Part shown: piece after piece, positions 43,454 to 52,730 of the stretch
Layout of the letters: each line of letters opens with the position of its first letter
How positions within the stretch are numbered: position 1 is the first letter of the stretch
Source: an uncultured Actinomycetes bacterium
Lineage (GTDB): Bacteria; Actinomycetota; Thermoleophilia; Gaiellales; F1-60-MAGs149
Assembly (NCBI GenBank): GCA_963732645.1
Contig: CAVTAC010000008.1
Span: 251,127-315,126, forward strand
Reading direction: 5' to 3'
Length of the DNA: 64,000 bases
Made by a program: the position numbers and the translations under genes
The notes under the pieces: generated by a model
Database searches by the model: none
Told to the model about the DNA's origin: nothing
What the model saw: the letters and a program-made list of their open reading frames with translations, nothing else

Positions 43454-44698
43454 GCGTGCTCCTTCGTGGCGTGTTGCAGCTGCGCGTGGATGCCGGGGAG
43501 GTCGCGTCCCGGCAGGAGGGCGTGCCAGTAGATCGACTGGAACAGCAGCTTCGCGAGGTGGTTGGCGCGGGATTCGCGCAGCAGGGGCAGCGGGCCGAGC
43601 GCGCCCGGACGGATACCGACCGGGCAGCGGCTCGACGTCGTAGTTGAAGTCGATCAGCAGGGCCTTGCCGAACCCGCTCTCGATGAAGCAGTTGGCGTGG
43701 CCGTCGAACGACGCCTCGAGCGGCTCGCCGGCGAGGAAGCGCTCGCACGTTCGCCGTGAGCGTCGTCGGCCTCGAAGTGGGTGACCGAGCCGGCCTTCGA
43801 GGTCGGCAGGTTCGTGGCGTCGCCGATCGCGAACACGTTCGGCGCCGCGAGTCGCCTGCAGCGTGTGCGGGTCGGCCGGCACGAAGCCGGTGTCGTCGCC
43901 GAGCCCGGGCGAGCGGTCGACGAACTCGGCGCCGGCGTGGAGCGGGATCGTCACCAGCAGGTCGAACGGCTCCTCGCGCTCGTCGTAGCTCCGCAGCATC
44001 CCTGCCCGTCCGTCCACCTCGCCGGCGTTGAACTCCGTCACGAGCTCGATGCGCTTCGTCTCGAGCAGGCCCGGACAGCAGGCTGGGAGGCGGTCGGCTT
44101 CGTGAACGCGCCGTCGAGCGGGGTGACGAAGACCAGCTCGGTCCGGTCGCGGATGCCGCGCTCCGTGAGGAACCAGTCGGCCAGGAACGCGAACTCGAGC
44201 GGCGCGACCGGGCACTTGATCGGCATGTCGACGAGGTTGACGACGAGCCGGCCGCCGGCGAAGCGCTGGAGCGCTCCGGCCAGGGCGGTCGCCCCCTCCG
44301 GCGTGTAGAAGGGGAAGACCGTCTCGAGCCAGCCGTCGCCCGTCATGCCCTCGGTCTCCTCGGGCACGAGCCGGGCGCCCGTGGCGACGATCAGGACGTC
44401 GTAGTGCAGGACGGTCGCCGTCGCCCAGGTGCACCTCGTCGGAGGCGGTGTCGACGCGGTCGATCTCGGCCTGGACGAACCTGATGTCGCGGTGCAGCTG
44501 CCGGTGCCGCGGCCGGACGAGGTGCTCGGCGTCGGCGAGCCCGAACGGGACGAACAGCAGCCCCGGCTGGTAGAGGTGGGCGTCGTCGCGGTCGACGACG
44601 ATGATCTCGACGGCGTCGGGCGAGTAGAGCTTGCGCAGGCGGTTCGCCATGATCGTCCCGCCGGTGCCGCCGCCGAGGATCACGATTCGGTGAAGCAT
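43450..44698 (-). CDS. SQR-like FAD-dependent pyridine-nucleotide-disulfide oxidoreductase. About 5 frame disruptions.
   Basis: MLHRIVILGGGTGGTIMANRL (43136 ORF frame), YDVLIVATGA...MPIKCPVAPLEFAF (44038..44367), VFAIGDATNLPTSKAG (43654..43836) and FDGHANCFIESG. The stop is in ATGA with the DsrC start. Confidence 0.65.
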
Positions 44699-44735
44699 GC
44701 GTCGGATCGTCTCGTGCGCGGCGCGGCCTGCCGTC

Positions 44736-44800
44736 GGGAGGACCGCCGAACCGGGTTGCGGGCAACCCGTACATCGGGTCACCGTGCCGGCGGTCCTCCC
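44736..44800 (-). promoter_or_regulatory. Nested stem-loop between the MMPL stop and the SQR-like start
   Basis: GGGAGGACCGCCG (44736-44748) and CGGCGGTCCTCCC (44788-44800) form a perfect 13-bp inverted repeat. It encloses a second hairpin, GGGTTGC-gg-GCAACCC. Confidence 0.5.
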
Positions 44801-44806
44801 AGGGTG

Positions 44807-46943
44807 TCAGCCGTGGCCGTGCCCGAACGAGATGGCCGGCAGGACCCGGGCGAGGGGCTTCGGGCTCCACCACGCCCACCGGCCGAGCAGCCGCAGCGCG
44901 ACCGGGATCAGCAGCAGCCGCACGAGGAACGCGTCGAGGGCGACCGCGACGCCGAGGATGATGCCCATCTCCTTCGGCGGCAGCGGGCCCGGAGATGGCG
45001 AAGGTGAAGAACACCGCGACCATCACCGCGGCGGCCGCGAGGATGACGCGGCCGGAGTGTGCGAGGCCGCCGATCATGGCCTCCCTGGCGTCGCCGCCGC
45101 TGTGCTCGAGGTGCTCCTTGGCCGAGGCCAGCAGGAACACGGTGTAGTCCATCGAGATCGCGAAGATCATCGCGAAGAAGAACACCGGGCCCCACGCGTC
45201 GAGGAAGCCCTGCGACTCGAAGCCGAGGATGCCCGTCAGGTTGCCCTCCTGGAACACGAGGCGGGCGACACCGAAGGCGGCGCCGGTCGCGAGCAGGTTC
45301 GTGAGCACGCCGACGAGGGCGATGATCGGCGCCTGCAGCGCGACGAGCAGCAGCAGGAAGCCGAGCGCGAGCACGACGCCGATCACGAGCGGCGTGGCGT
45401 CGGCGAGGGCGGTCTCGAGGTCGTGGTTCTCCGCCGCCGCGCCGCCGACGAGCGCGGTGGCCGGCAGCGTCGACGCGGAGCCGGTCGATCGTGGCGCCGA
45501 CGGCGGGATCGGACGGGTTCTGCTTCGGGATCGCCTGCACGAGCGCGTAGCGGCCGTCGGTCGACGTCTGCGCCGGCATGACGTTGGCGATGCCGCGGTC
45601 GGCCTGCGCGGTGGCCTCGAGCGCCGCGGCGTCGGCGATCGGCGCGACGAGTTGCAGCGCGCCGGGCGCGCCGGGGCCGAACGCGGCCTGCACCTGCGTG
45701 TAGCCGATGCGCGAGGTGTCGCTCGCCGGGACGACCTTGATCGACGGCATGCCCGTCTTCAGCCCCATCACCGGGGCGGCGAGCGCGAGCAGCACCAGCA
45801 GCGCGGGAACGCCGAAGAGCAGCGGCTTCGCCCAGATCCGCTCGGCCCAGCGGGCGAAGAACGGCGAGCGGTGCTCGCCGGAGTGCACCCACTTCAGCGC
45901 GAGGTTGTCGACCTTCGATCCGAGCGCGCCGAGCACGGCGGGCAGCAGCGTCAGCGACGCGGCGAGGATGAAGATCGACCGCGACCATGATCCCGAGCGC
46001 CATCGACCGGAACGCCGGGCTCGGCACGAGCATCACCGCCGACAGCGAGATCAGGACGGTGACGCCGCTGAACAGCACGGCCTTGCCGGCCGTGTCCATG
46101 GCGACGCCGACCGCATCGGCGGGTGACATGCCCTGCCCGAAGTGGGCGGCGCGATAGCGCACGACGATGAACAGCGCGTAGTCGATGCCGAGCGCCAGCG
46201 CGAACATCAGCGCGAAGTTCATCGACCAGATCGAGATGTCGGCGGCCAGCGTGCCGAGGTAGAGCACGCCGGCCGACGCGATCAGGCCGATGATGGTCAG
46301 CATCAGCGGCAGGCTGGCGGCGACGAGCGACCCGAAGGCGAGCGCGAGGATCGCCAGCGTCACCGGCCAGGAGTAGAGCTCCGACTTCATCATCGCGGAG
46401 CGGTTCGCCTCGTTGAAGTCGGACCACATGCCCGACGCGCCCGTGAGGCTGACCGTGAGATCGCCGCTGCCGAGCTCCTTCAGCGGACCCTTGAGCCGGT
46501 CGGCGGCGAGCACCATCTCGGTCGGTGAGTCCGCGGCGCCCGCCGTCACGATCGCGGTGTGGCCGTCCTGCGAGATCGAGACGCCGGCGGACGGGGGCGT
46601 GACGCTCGCGACGGCCGGGTCGGCCTTGCACCATCGCCGCGACCTTGTCGGCGGCGGCCGTGAAGGCGGGATCGGTCGCCGTCAGCGACGGCGAGTGCAG
46701 CACGATCATCAGGCCGCTCGAGGCGTTGCCGGCGAACTGCTGCTGGATCAGCGAGCGCGCGGCGACGGAGTCGGAACCGGTCGCCTCCCAGCCGGCGCCC
46801 GAGAGCGCCGTCTCGACGCGTGGCGCGAGGAAGCCGAGGCCGACGGCGACGACCACCCAGGCGAGCGCGACGAGGCGGACGTGCGTGGCGGCGTAGCGAC
46901 CGAGGCGGCCGACCGGGCCGAGCTGCAGCGTCGGCGCGCTCAT
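44807..46943 (-). CDS. MMPL-family (RND-superfamily) membrane transporter. About 6 frame disruptions.
   Basis: MSAPTLQLGPVGRLGRYAATHVRLVALAWVVVAVGLGF (45951..47216 frame), MKSELYSWPVTLAILALAFGSLVAASLPLMLT...ALGIDYALFIVVRY (45383..46549) and FAISMDYTVFLLASAKE (44391..45386). TGA is at 44807-44809. Confidence 0.7.
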
Positions 46944-47203
46944 CGGACGCACCCGCGCTCGACGCCGAACACCTTGCGCAACACGACGGAGGCGACGCAG
47001 TCGCCGAACGCGACGAACGCGAGCTGGTTGACGCCGACGAAGGCCGCGAGCAGCAGCCACCAGGGGCTGACGGTGGCGGCGAGCAGCGACGCGGCGAGCG
47101 TGACGGTGCCCGCCATCGCGAACAGGATCCGCTCGAGCGGCCAGGCGGCCGCCGTGCGTGTCGTCGGGCGCGCGGGCGCGCCGACTTCGACGTTGGTAGT
47201 CAT
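46940..47203 (-). CDS. DUF2892 (YgaP C-terminal-like) small membrane protein, intact
   Basis: ORF 46940..47203(-) gives WPLERILFAMAGTVTLAASLLAATVSPWWLLLAAFVGVNQLAFVAFGDC. The stop is in ATGA with the MMPL start. Confidence 0.65.
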   Translation of the reverse strand: MTTNVEVGAPARPTTRTAAAWPLERILFAMAGTVTLAASLLAATVSPWWLLLAAFVGVNQLAFVAFGDCVASVVLRKVFGVERGCVR

Positions 47204-47212
47204 CGGGAGACC

Positions 47213-47560
47213 TCAATCGTTTCGGGGTGGGAATCGGGACGGGCGAGCAGCTCGTCGGCTGCCTCCTGCATCGCGCGGCGGCGAACCTTCGCCGCCTTCT
47301 CGCGGTGCGCGTCGGCGCCGGCGGGGTCGGCGAAGTGCGCGTCGAGCCAGGCGCACGATCGCCGCCTCGCCGGTCACGGGCGTGCCGTCATCGAGCACGA
47401 GCGCCGGGATCGTGTCGGTGCCGGTCGCGGCGAGCAGCGCGCCGCGATCGGCCTTGTCGACCGGGACCTGGTGCACGACGTAGGTGACGTCGAGCTCGGT
47501 GAGGCGCTGGCGCACGCGCCGCGAAGCGGGGCACCACTCGGTCTGCCAGAGCTCCATCAT
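47213..47560 (-). CDS. Glutaredoxin / GST-N-terminal-like thioredoxin-fold protein. One frame disruption (~47350).
   Basis: ORF 47213..47560(-) gives MMELWQTEWCPASRRVRQRLTELDVTYVVHQVP...TIPALVLDDGTPVTGEAAIV. The remainder is readable in another frame. Confidence 0.5.
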   Translation of the reverse strand: MMELWQTEWCPASRRVRQRLTELDVTYVVHQVPVDKADRGALLAATGTDTIPALVLDDGTPVTGEAAIVRLARRALRRPRRRRRAPREGGEGSPPRDAGGSRRAARPSRFPPRND

Positions 47561-47919
47561 CGCGCGCTCCTCGCTCGGTCTCGAGCGGGCCTTCGAGCAT
47601 CTGCGCGAGCTCGGCGACCTGCTGCTGGAGGCCGCCGCAGACCGTCTCGCAGAGCGCGAACACGGTCTGGTCGGCGATCGCGTAGACGACCCGGTTGCCG
47701 TCCTTGCGCCGGGCGACGATCCCGGCCAGGTGGAGCGCGCCGAGGTGCTTGGAGACGTTCTGCTGCGTCGCGCCGAGCGCCTCGGTCGAGCTCGCCGACG
47801 CTCTGGTCGGCGTACCGCAGCCGGTCGAGCAGGCGGATGCGCATCGGCTCGCCGATCAGGCGGAAGCGCTGCGCGACGAGCTCGACGAGCGGCTCGGGAA
47901 GCGGATGGGGAATCGGCAT
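47557..47919 (-). CDS. ArsR/SmtB-family regulator (YgaV/BigR-like). About 2 frame disruptions.
   Basis: LVELVAQRFRLIGEPMRIRLLDRL...SVGEL (47557..48912 frame), then ATQQNVSKHLGALHLAGIVARRKDGNRVVYAI by my own translation, then VFALCETVCGGLQQQVAEL (47388..47663). AGGAGG lies upstream of ATG 47919. Confidence 0.7.
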   Translation of the reverse strand: MPIPHPLPEPLVELVAQRFRLIGEPMRIRLLDRLRYADQSVGELDRGARRDAAERLQAPRRAPPGRDRRPAQGRQPGRLRDRRPDRVRALRDGLRRPPAAGRRARADARRPARDRARSAR

Positions 47920-47937
47920 CGTCGTGGACCTCCTGAG

Positions 47938-47978
47938 GAATACACTATACAAGTACGTAGTTGTAGAGTTGTGTATTC
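47938..47978. promoter_or_regulatory. AT-rich imperfect palindrome in the ArsR / DUF302 divergent region (candidate ArsR operator)
   Basis: GAATACACtatacaagtacgtagttgtagagtTGTGTATTC. The outer 8-bp arms are perfect and the inner tatacaa/ttgtaga arms match 6 of 7. This is the only strongly AT-rich stretch in the region. Confidence 0.5.
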
Positions 47979-47997
47979 CCGATCGAGGAGATCCGCC

Positions 47998-48445
47998 ATG
48001 CCAGCCACCGAGTCCACCAGCTACGCGATGATCCGCAGCGTCGAGAACACCTTCGATGACGCCGTCGCCGAGGTCACCAGGGCGCTCGCCGCCGAGGGGT
48101 TCGGCATCCTCACGACGATCGACGTGCAGGCAACGCTGAAGGCCAAGCTCGACCTCGACCGTGGCCCCGTACACGATCCTCGGGGCCTGCAACCCGCAGC
48201 TCGCGAGCCGCGGCCTGGCGCTCGAGCCCGACCTCGGCGTGCTCCTGCCGTGCAACGTCGTCGTCCGGCGCGAGGGCGACCGGACGATCATCGCGGCGAT
48301 GGAGCCGCTCGCCGCCCTGGCCCTGGCCGGGAACCCCGAGCTCGAGCCGATCGCCGCCGAGGCGCGCGACCGCCTGCGGCGGGCGATCTCGAGCGTGATC
48401 GAGCGGCCGCGCATCGCGAAGCCGTCCGCGGGAGCGGCGGCATGA
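47998..48445 (+). CDS. DUF302-domain protein. One frame disruption (~48160).
   Basis: MPATESTSYAMIRSVENTFDDAVAEVTRALAAEGFGILTTIDVQATLKAKL (47695 frame), then APYTILGACNPQLASRGLALEPDLGVLLPCNVVV (48161..48445). Confidence 0.65.
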
Positions 48446-48780
48446 GTCTCCGCGACCTCTTCCAGCGCGGCGGGTCGATCGACGTCGCCGAGGCCGCCCG
48501 CCTCCTCGGCACCGGCGATCTCGTGCTCGTCGATGTCCGCGAGAGCGCCGAGTGGCGGACCGGTCGCGCACCCGGCGCGCGGCACGTCCCGCTCTCCGGT
48601 CTGGCACGCTCGGTCGATGTGCTGGCACGGGAGGAGAAGCAGGTCGCGTTCATCTGCCGCTCGGGCCATCGATCCGGCGCCGCCTGCGCCGCCGCCCGGT
48701 CGCGGGGCCTCGACGCCGTCAACGTGCGGGGCGGCATGATCGCCTGGCAGCGCGCCGGGCTCGCGGTCACGAAGGGCTAG
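48442..48780 (+). CDS. Rhodanese-domain sulfurtransferase, intact
   Basis: The tail of ORF 47695..48780 from ATG 48442 reads LVLVDVRESAEWRTGRAPGARHVPL...VAFICRSGHRSGAA (active-site CRSGxRS loop). Confidence 0.8.
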   Translation: MSLRDLFQRGGSIDVAEAARLLGTGDLVLVDVRESAEWRTGRAPGARHVPLSGLARSVDVLAREEKQVAFICRSGHRSGAACAAARSRGLDAVNVRGGMIAWQRAGLAVTKG

Positions 48781-48782
48781 GG

Positions 48783-49559
48783 GTGCTGGTCGCGCTCGCC
48801 GCGGGCGCGTGCGTCGGCGATCGCGGTCGGTCTCGCCGGCGGCGGCGGCGCGGTGCTCGCGGTGCCGATGCTGGTCTACCTGCTCGACCAGTCCGTCCAC
48901 GCAGGCGACCACCGAGTCGCTCGTGATCGTCGTCGCCGCGTCGGGTGCCGGGGCTCTCGGCCACGCCCGTCATCGCACGGTCTGCTGGCGGCTCGCGGCG
49001 ACCTTCGCGGCGGCCGCGCTGCCGGGCACCGTCGATCGGCACGCTCGCGAACCGGGCGTTCGCGGCCGAGCTGCTGCTCGGGGCGTTCGCGGTCCTGCTG
49101 CTCGGGGTCTCCGTCCTCACGTGGCGCCAGGGCCGGGGAGCCGCGGTCGACGGCGCCGACCGGTGCCCCGAGCTCGACCTGCGCGTGGTCGCCCTCGCGG
49201 GGTTCGCCATCGGGTCGCTCACGGGCCTGTTCGGTGTGGGCGGCGGGTTCGCGGTCGTGCCGGCGCTGGTGCTCCTCCTGCGGGTGCCGATCCGGCGCGC
49301 GATCGCGACGAGCCTCGTGATCGTCACGGTCGTCTCGGCCGCCGGTCTGGCCGAGCATCTCGTCGCGGATGCGGATATCGCGTGGGACGTCGCGCTCCCG
49401 TTCGCGGTCGGTGCCATGGTGACGGCCTCGCTCGGCGGCACGCTCGCCCGGCGCATCCCGCAGCAGGTCCTGGTGCGCGGCTTCGCCGTGTTGCTGGCCG
49501 GGCTCGCGGCCTACCTGATCGTCTCCGTCACGCTGCTCGGCGGCCCGCCGAACGGCTGA
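48783..49559 (+). CDS. TauE/SafE-family anion (sulfite-type) exporter. About 3 frame disruptions.
   Basis: VLVALAAGACVG, then GLAGGGGAVLAVPMLVYLL (48853 frame), ATTESLVIVVAASGAGALGH (48809 frame) and GLFGVGGGFAVVPALVLLL...ATSLVIV (48945..49559). Confidence 0.7.
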
Positions 49560-49634
49560 CCGACGCAATCAGCTCGGCGTACCGTCGCCTCTTCCGGCCC
49601 GCGAGGCGTGGCCGACGTGACGCGCGCTTCAATA

Positions 49635-49679
49635 CTGGGGTCTGACCCCAAAAACGCCGTTCTCGGGGTCAGACCCCAG
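49635..49679. repeat. Perfect 15-bp inverted repeat made of two 28-bp-phased GGGGTCWGACCCC units
   Basis: CTGGGGTCTGACCCC (49635-49649), the loop aaaaacgccgttctc, then GGGGTCAGACCCCAG (49665-49679). This is the same motif and phasing as at 31824-31892. Confidence 0.8.
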
Positions 49680-49690
49680 AACGTTTCTCA

Positions 49691-49774
49691 CACGGAAGGC
49701 GCGCGGATCGCGCGACGGGACACGGTCCGTGACGGTTCGGGCACGAATCGATGTCTGACTTTCGTCAGACAAAT
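49691..49774 (+). repeat. Second copy of the conserved blocks of the composite intergenic element
   Basis: CACGGAAGGCGCGCGGATCGCGCGA (49691-49715) matches 31935-31959 at 24/25. GGACACGG is at 49718. TGTCTGAC-TTTC-GTCAGACAAAT (49752-49774) matches 32018-32040 apart from the 4-nt spacer. Confidence 0.75.
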
Positions 49775-49781
49775 TTCCCGC

Positions 49782-51482
49782 TCAGACCTCGATCGGGACG
49801 ACCTGCCAGCGCTCCACGTCGATCAGGCCCTGGTCGGTGATCTTCAGCGCCGGGATCACCGACAGCGCCAGGAACGAGAGGGTCATGAACGGCGCCGCCA
49901 CGTGGACGCCCATCTCGCCCAGCTCGTGCACCAGCACGTCGAGGGCCGGGACGACCTCGCTGGCCGGGCGGTCGCTCATCAGGCCCGCCACCGGCAGGGG
50001 GAGCTCGGCGCGGATCCGGCGGTCCTCGATCGCCACGATGCCGCCGCCGATCTCGGCCAGGCGGCGCACGCAGAGCGCCATGTCCTCGTCGGAGACGCCC
50101 ACGCAGACGATGTTGTGCGCGTCGTGGGCGATGGTCGTCGCGAACGCGCCGCGCTGCAGGCCGAAGCCCTGCACGAAGCCGAGGCCGACCTGGCCGGTGG
50201 CGTGGTGGCGCTCGATCACGGCGATCTTCGCGAGGTCGCGCGCCGGGTCGGCGACGACGGCGCCGTCGCGGACGGTCGGCTCGCAGCTCGAGCGCGTTCG
50301 TGATCAGCTGCATCGGGACGATCTCGATCACGCGGATCTGCCGCCCGTCGACGGCACGTGCAGCGCCGAGCGGCCGAGCGGCGCGGGGTGGACGCTCTGG
50401 CGCACCCAGATCGGCACCTCGGGCGACGGGAAGTCGGCCACCGCGCCGTCGCGGCAGACCTCGCGGCCGTCCTTGTAGACCGCCTCGGGCGCGAACGACA
50501 CCAGGTCGGGGAGCAGCATGAAGTCGGCGCGGTAGCCCGGCGCGATCGCGCCGCGATCGGTGAGCCCGTGGCAGCGGGCGCCGTTGGTGGAGGCCAGCAG
50601 GATCGCGTCCTCGGGCGACACGCCCTCCTCGACGGCGACGCGCGCCATGCCGTTGATGTGGCCCTCGCGCAGCAGCTCGTCGGGCTCGCGGTCGTCGGTG
50701 CAGAACGCCGTGTAGTCGGGGCCGTACCTCGTCACCAGCGGCAGCAGGTCGCGCAGGTTGCGCGCGTTCGACGCCTCGCGGATCAGCACGAAGCAGCCGC
50801 GCCGGCGCTTCTCGAGCGCCTCCTCCAGCCCGAACGACTCGTGGTCGGTCGAGATGCCCGCAGCCAGGTACGCGTCGAGGTTGCGGCCGGTGACGCCGGG
50901 CGCGTGGCCGTCGGCCCGCGTCGCCAGCGCGCGCTTGGCGAGCTCGCGCTCGTCGCCGGCGATGACGGCCGGGAAGTTCATCATCTCGGCCACGCCGAGC
51001 GTGCGGCGGCGGCGCAGGATCGACTCCATGTCGCCGAGCGTGAACGGGCGCCGCGGCGTCTCGAACGGGCTCGCCGGCACGCACGACGGCGCCATCACGA
51101 ACACGTCGAGCGGCACGCCCTCGCACGCGTCGAGCAGCCAGTGCACGCCGTCGGTGCCGAGCACGTTGGCGATCTCGTGCGGGTCGCAGACGATCGCGGT
51201 CGTGCCGTGCGCGATCACGAGCCGGGCGAACTCCGCGACCGTCAGCTTCGACGACTCGATGTGCATGTGCGCGTCGATGAACCCCGGCACGAGGTAGCGG
51301 CCGTGCGCGGCGACGCGGACGCCGCCGTCGTAGGCGCCGACGCCGGCGAACAGCCCGTCGGCGATCGCCACGTCGCCGTGCAGCCACTCGCGCGTGAACG
51401 CGCAGAAGACGTGCGCGCCCTCGACGACGAGATCGGGCTCGGCGTCGCCGCGGGCAACGGCGATCAGACGTCGGCGATCCAT
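49782..51482 (-). CDS. ade: Adenine deaminase (amidohydrolase superfamily). Two frame disruptions (~50230-50330).
   Basis: ORF 50328..51482(-) gives YLVPGFIDAHMHIESS...AIVCDPHEIANV...HAPGVTG..LDAYLAAGISTDHES. ORF 49782..50219(-) gives VIERHHATGQVGLGFVQGFGLQRGAFATTIAHDAHNIV. Confidence 0.8.
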
Positions 51483-51506
51483 CTCCCGCAGTATGATCGG
51501 CGGCTA

Positions 51507-52730
51507 GTGGATGCCGCGACCGTGATGGAGCGCTGTGACGCGCTGCAGGAGTTCACCGCCGAGCCCGGCAAGCTGACCCGGTTGTTCGCGACACCCGAGC
51601 TGGAGGCTGCGACGTCTGCGGTCGAGGGCTGGATGCGCGAGGCGGGCCTCACCACCCGGCGCGACGCGGTGCGCAACCTCTTCGGCCGCTACGAGGGATC
51701 GCGCCCCGACGCTCCCGCCTTCCTGCTCGGCTCGCATCTCGACTCGGTGCCCGACGGCGGCCGCTACGACGGGCCGCTCGGCGTGCTCACCGCCCTCGCC
51801 GTGGTCGAGCGTCTGGCGGCCCGCGGCGTGCGGCTGCCGTTCGCGCTCGAGGTGTGCGCGTTCTCCGACGAGGAGTCGGTGCGCTACGGCACCGACTACC
51901 TCGGCTCGTCGGCGCTCGCGGGCGCCTTCGACCAGGCGTGGCTCGACCGCGTCGACCGCGATGGCATCACCATGCGCGACGCGATCCGGGCCATCGGCGG
52001 CGACCCCGACGACATCCCGTCGTGCGCCCGCGACGCGGCGTCGACCGTGGGCTGGCTGGAGCTGCACATCGAGCAGGGCCCGGCGCTCGAGCGCGAGGGC
52101 CTGCCGATCGGCGTCGTCACCGGCATCCAGGCGCAGGTGCGGCACTCGTGGGAGATCCGCGGCACCGCCGGCCATGCGGGAACCACGCCGATGGCAGGCC
52201 GCAAGGACGCCCTCGCAGCGGCCGCGGAGCTGGTGCTGGCCATCGAGGAGATCGGCCGTGCGACGCCCGACCTGGTCGCGACCGTGGGCATCCTCGATGC
52301 CGAGCCCGGCGCCATGAACGTGATCCCGGGCCGGGTCGTGCTGACCTCCGACATCCGCCATCCCGACGACGCGAAGCTGGTGTACGCGCTGACCGCCGTC
52401 GACGATGCCGCCGCCGCGATCGCCGCCCAGCGCGGCGTGCCGATCACCGCCACCGAGCTGTCGGGCGACCCGGCCGTACCGTGCGACGCGCGGCTGCGCG
52501 CCGTGCTGGCCGACGCGATCGGCGCCGAGGGCTTCCCGGCCCGCGACCTGCCGAGCGGCGCCGGCCACGACGCCGCGGCGCTGGCGCGCATCTGCCCCGT
52601 CGCCATGCTGTTCCTGCGCTGCGAGAAGGGCATCTCGCACAACCCGGCCGAGAACGTCGACGTGCTCGACGTCGCGATCGCGCTCGACGTGATGGAGCGC
52701 GCCATCCTCGACCTGGGCATGCGCCCGTGA
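51507..52730 (+). CDS. Allantoate amidohydrolase / N-carbamoyl-amino-acid amidohydrolase (M20 family), intact
   Basis: The tail of ORF 50358..52730 reads GSHLDSVPDGGRYDGPLGV, FSDEESVRYG, LELHIEQGPALE, GTAGHAGTTPM and PSGAGHDA. The start is GTG 51507 or ATG 51525. Confidence 0.8.
   Translation: MDAATVMERCDALQEFTAEPGKLTRLFATPELEAATSAVEGWMREAGLTTRRDAVRNLFGRYEGSRPDAPAFLLGSHLDSVPDGGRYDGPLGVLTALAVVERLAARGVRLPFALEVCAFSDEESVRYGTDYLGSSALAGAFDQAWLDRVDRDGITMRDAIRAIGGDPDDIPSCARDAASTVGWLELHIEQGPALEREGLPIGVVTGIQAQVRHSWEIRGTAGHAGTTPMAGRKDALAAAAELVLAIEEIGRATPDLVATVGILDAEPGAMNVIPGRVVLTSDIRHPDDAKLVYALTAVDDAAAAIAAQRGVPITATELSGDPAVPCDARLRAVLADAIGAEGFPARDLPSGAGHDAAALARICPVAMLFLRCEKGISHNPAENVDVLDVAIALDVMERAILDLGMRP

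Noticed and set aside
32039-49560. The 17.5-kb segment bracketed by the two direct copies of the composite element as a genomic island or mobile element.
   Set aside because: There is no integrase, transposase, tRNA target or conjugation gene. The content is ordinary metabolism and envelope genes with the same GC content and codon style as the flanks. The repeats are more simply a dispersed intergenic family.
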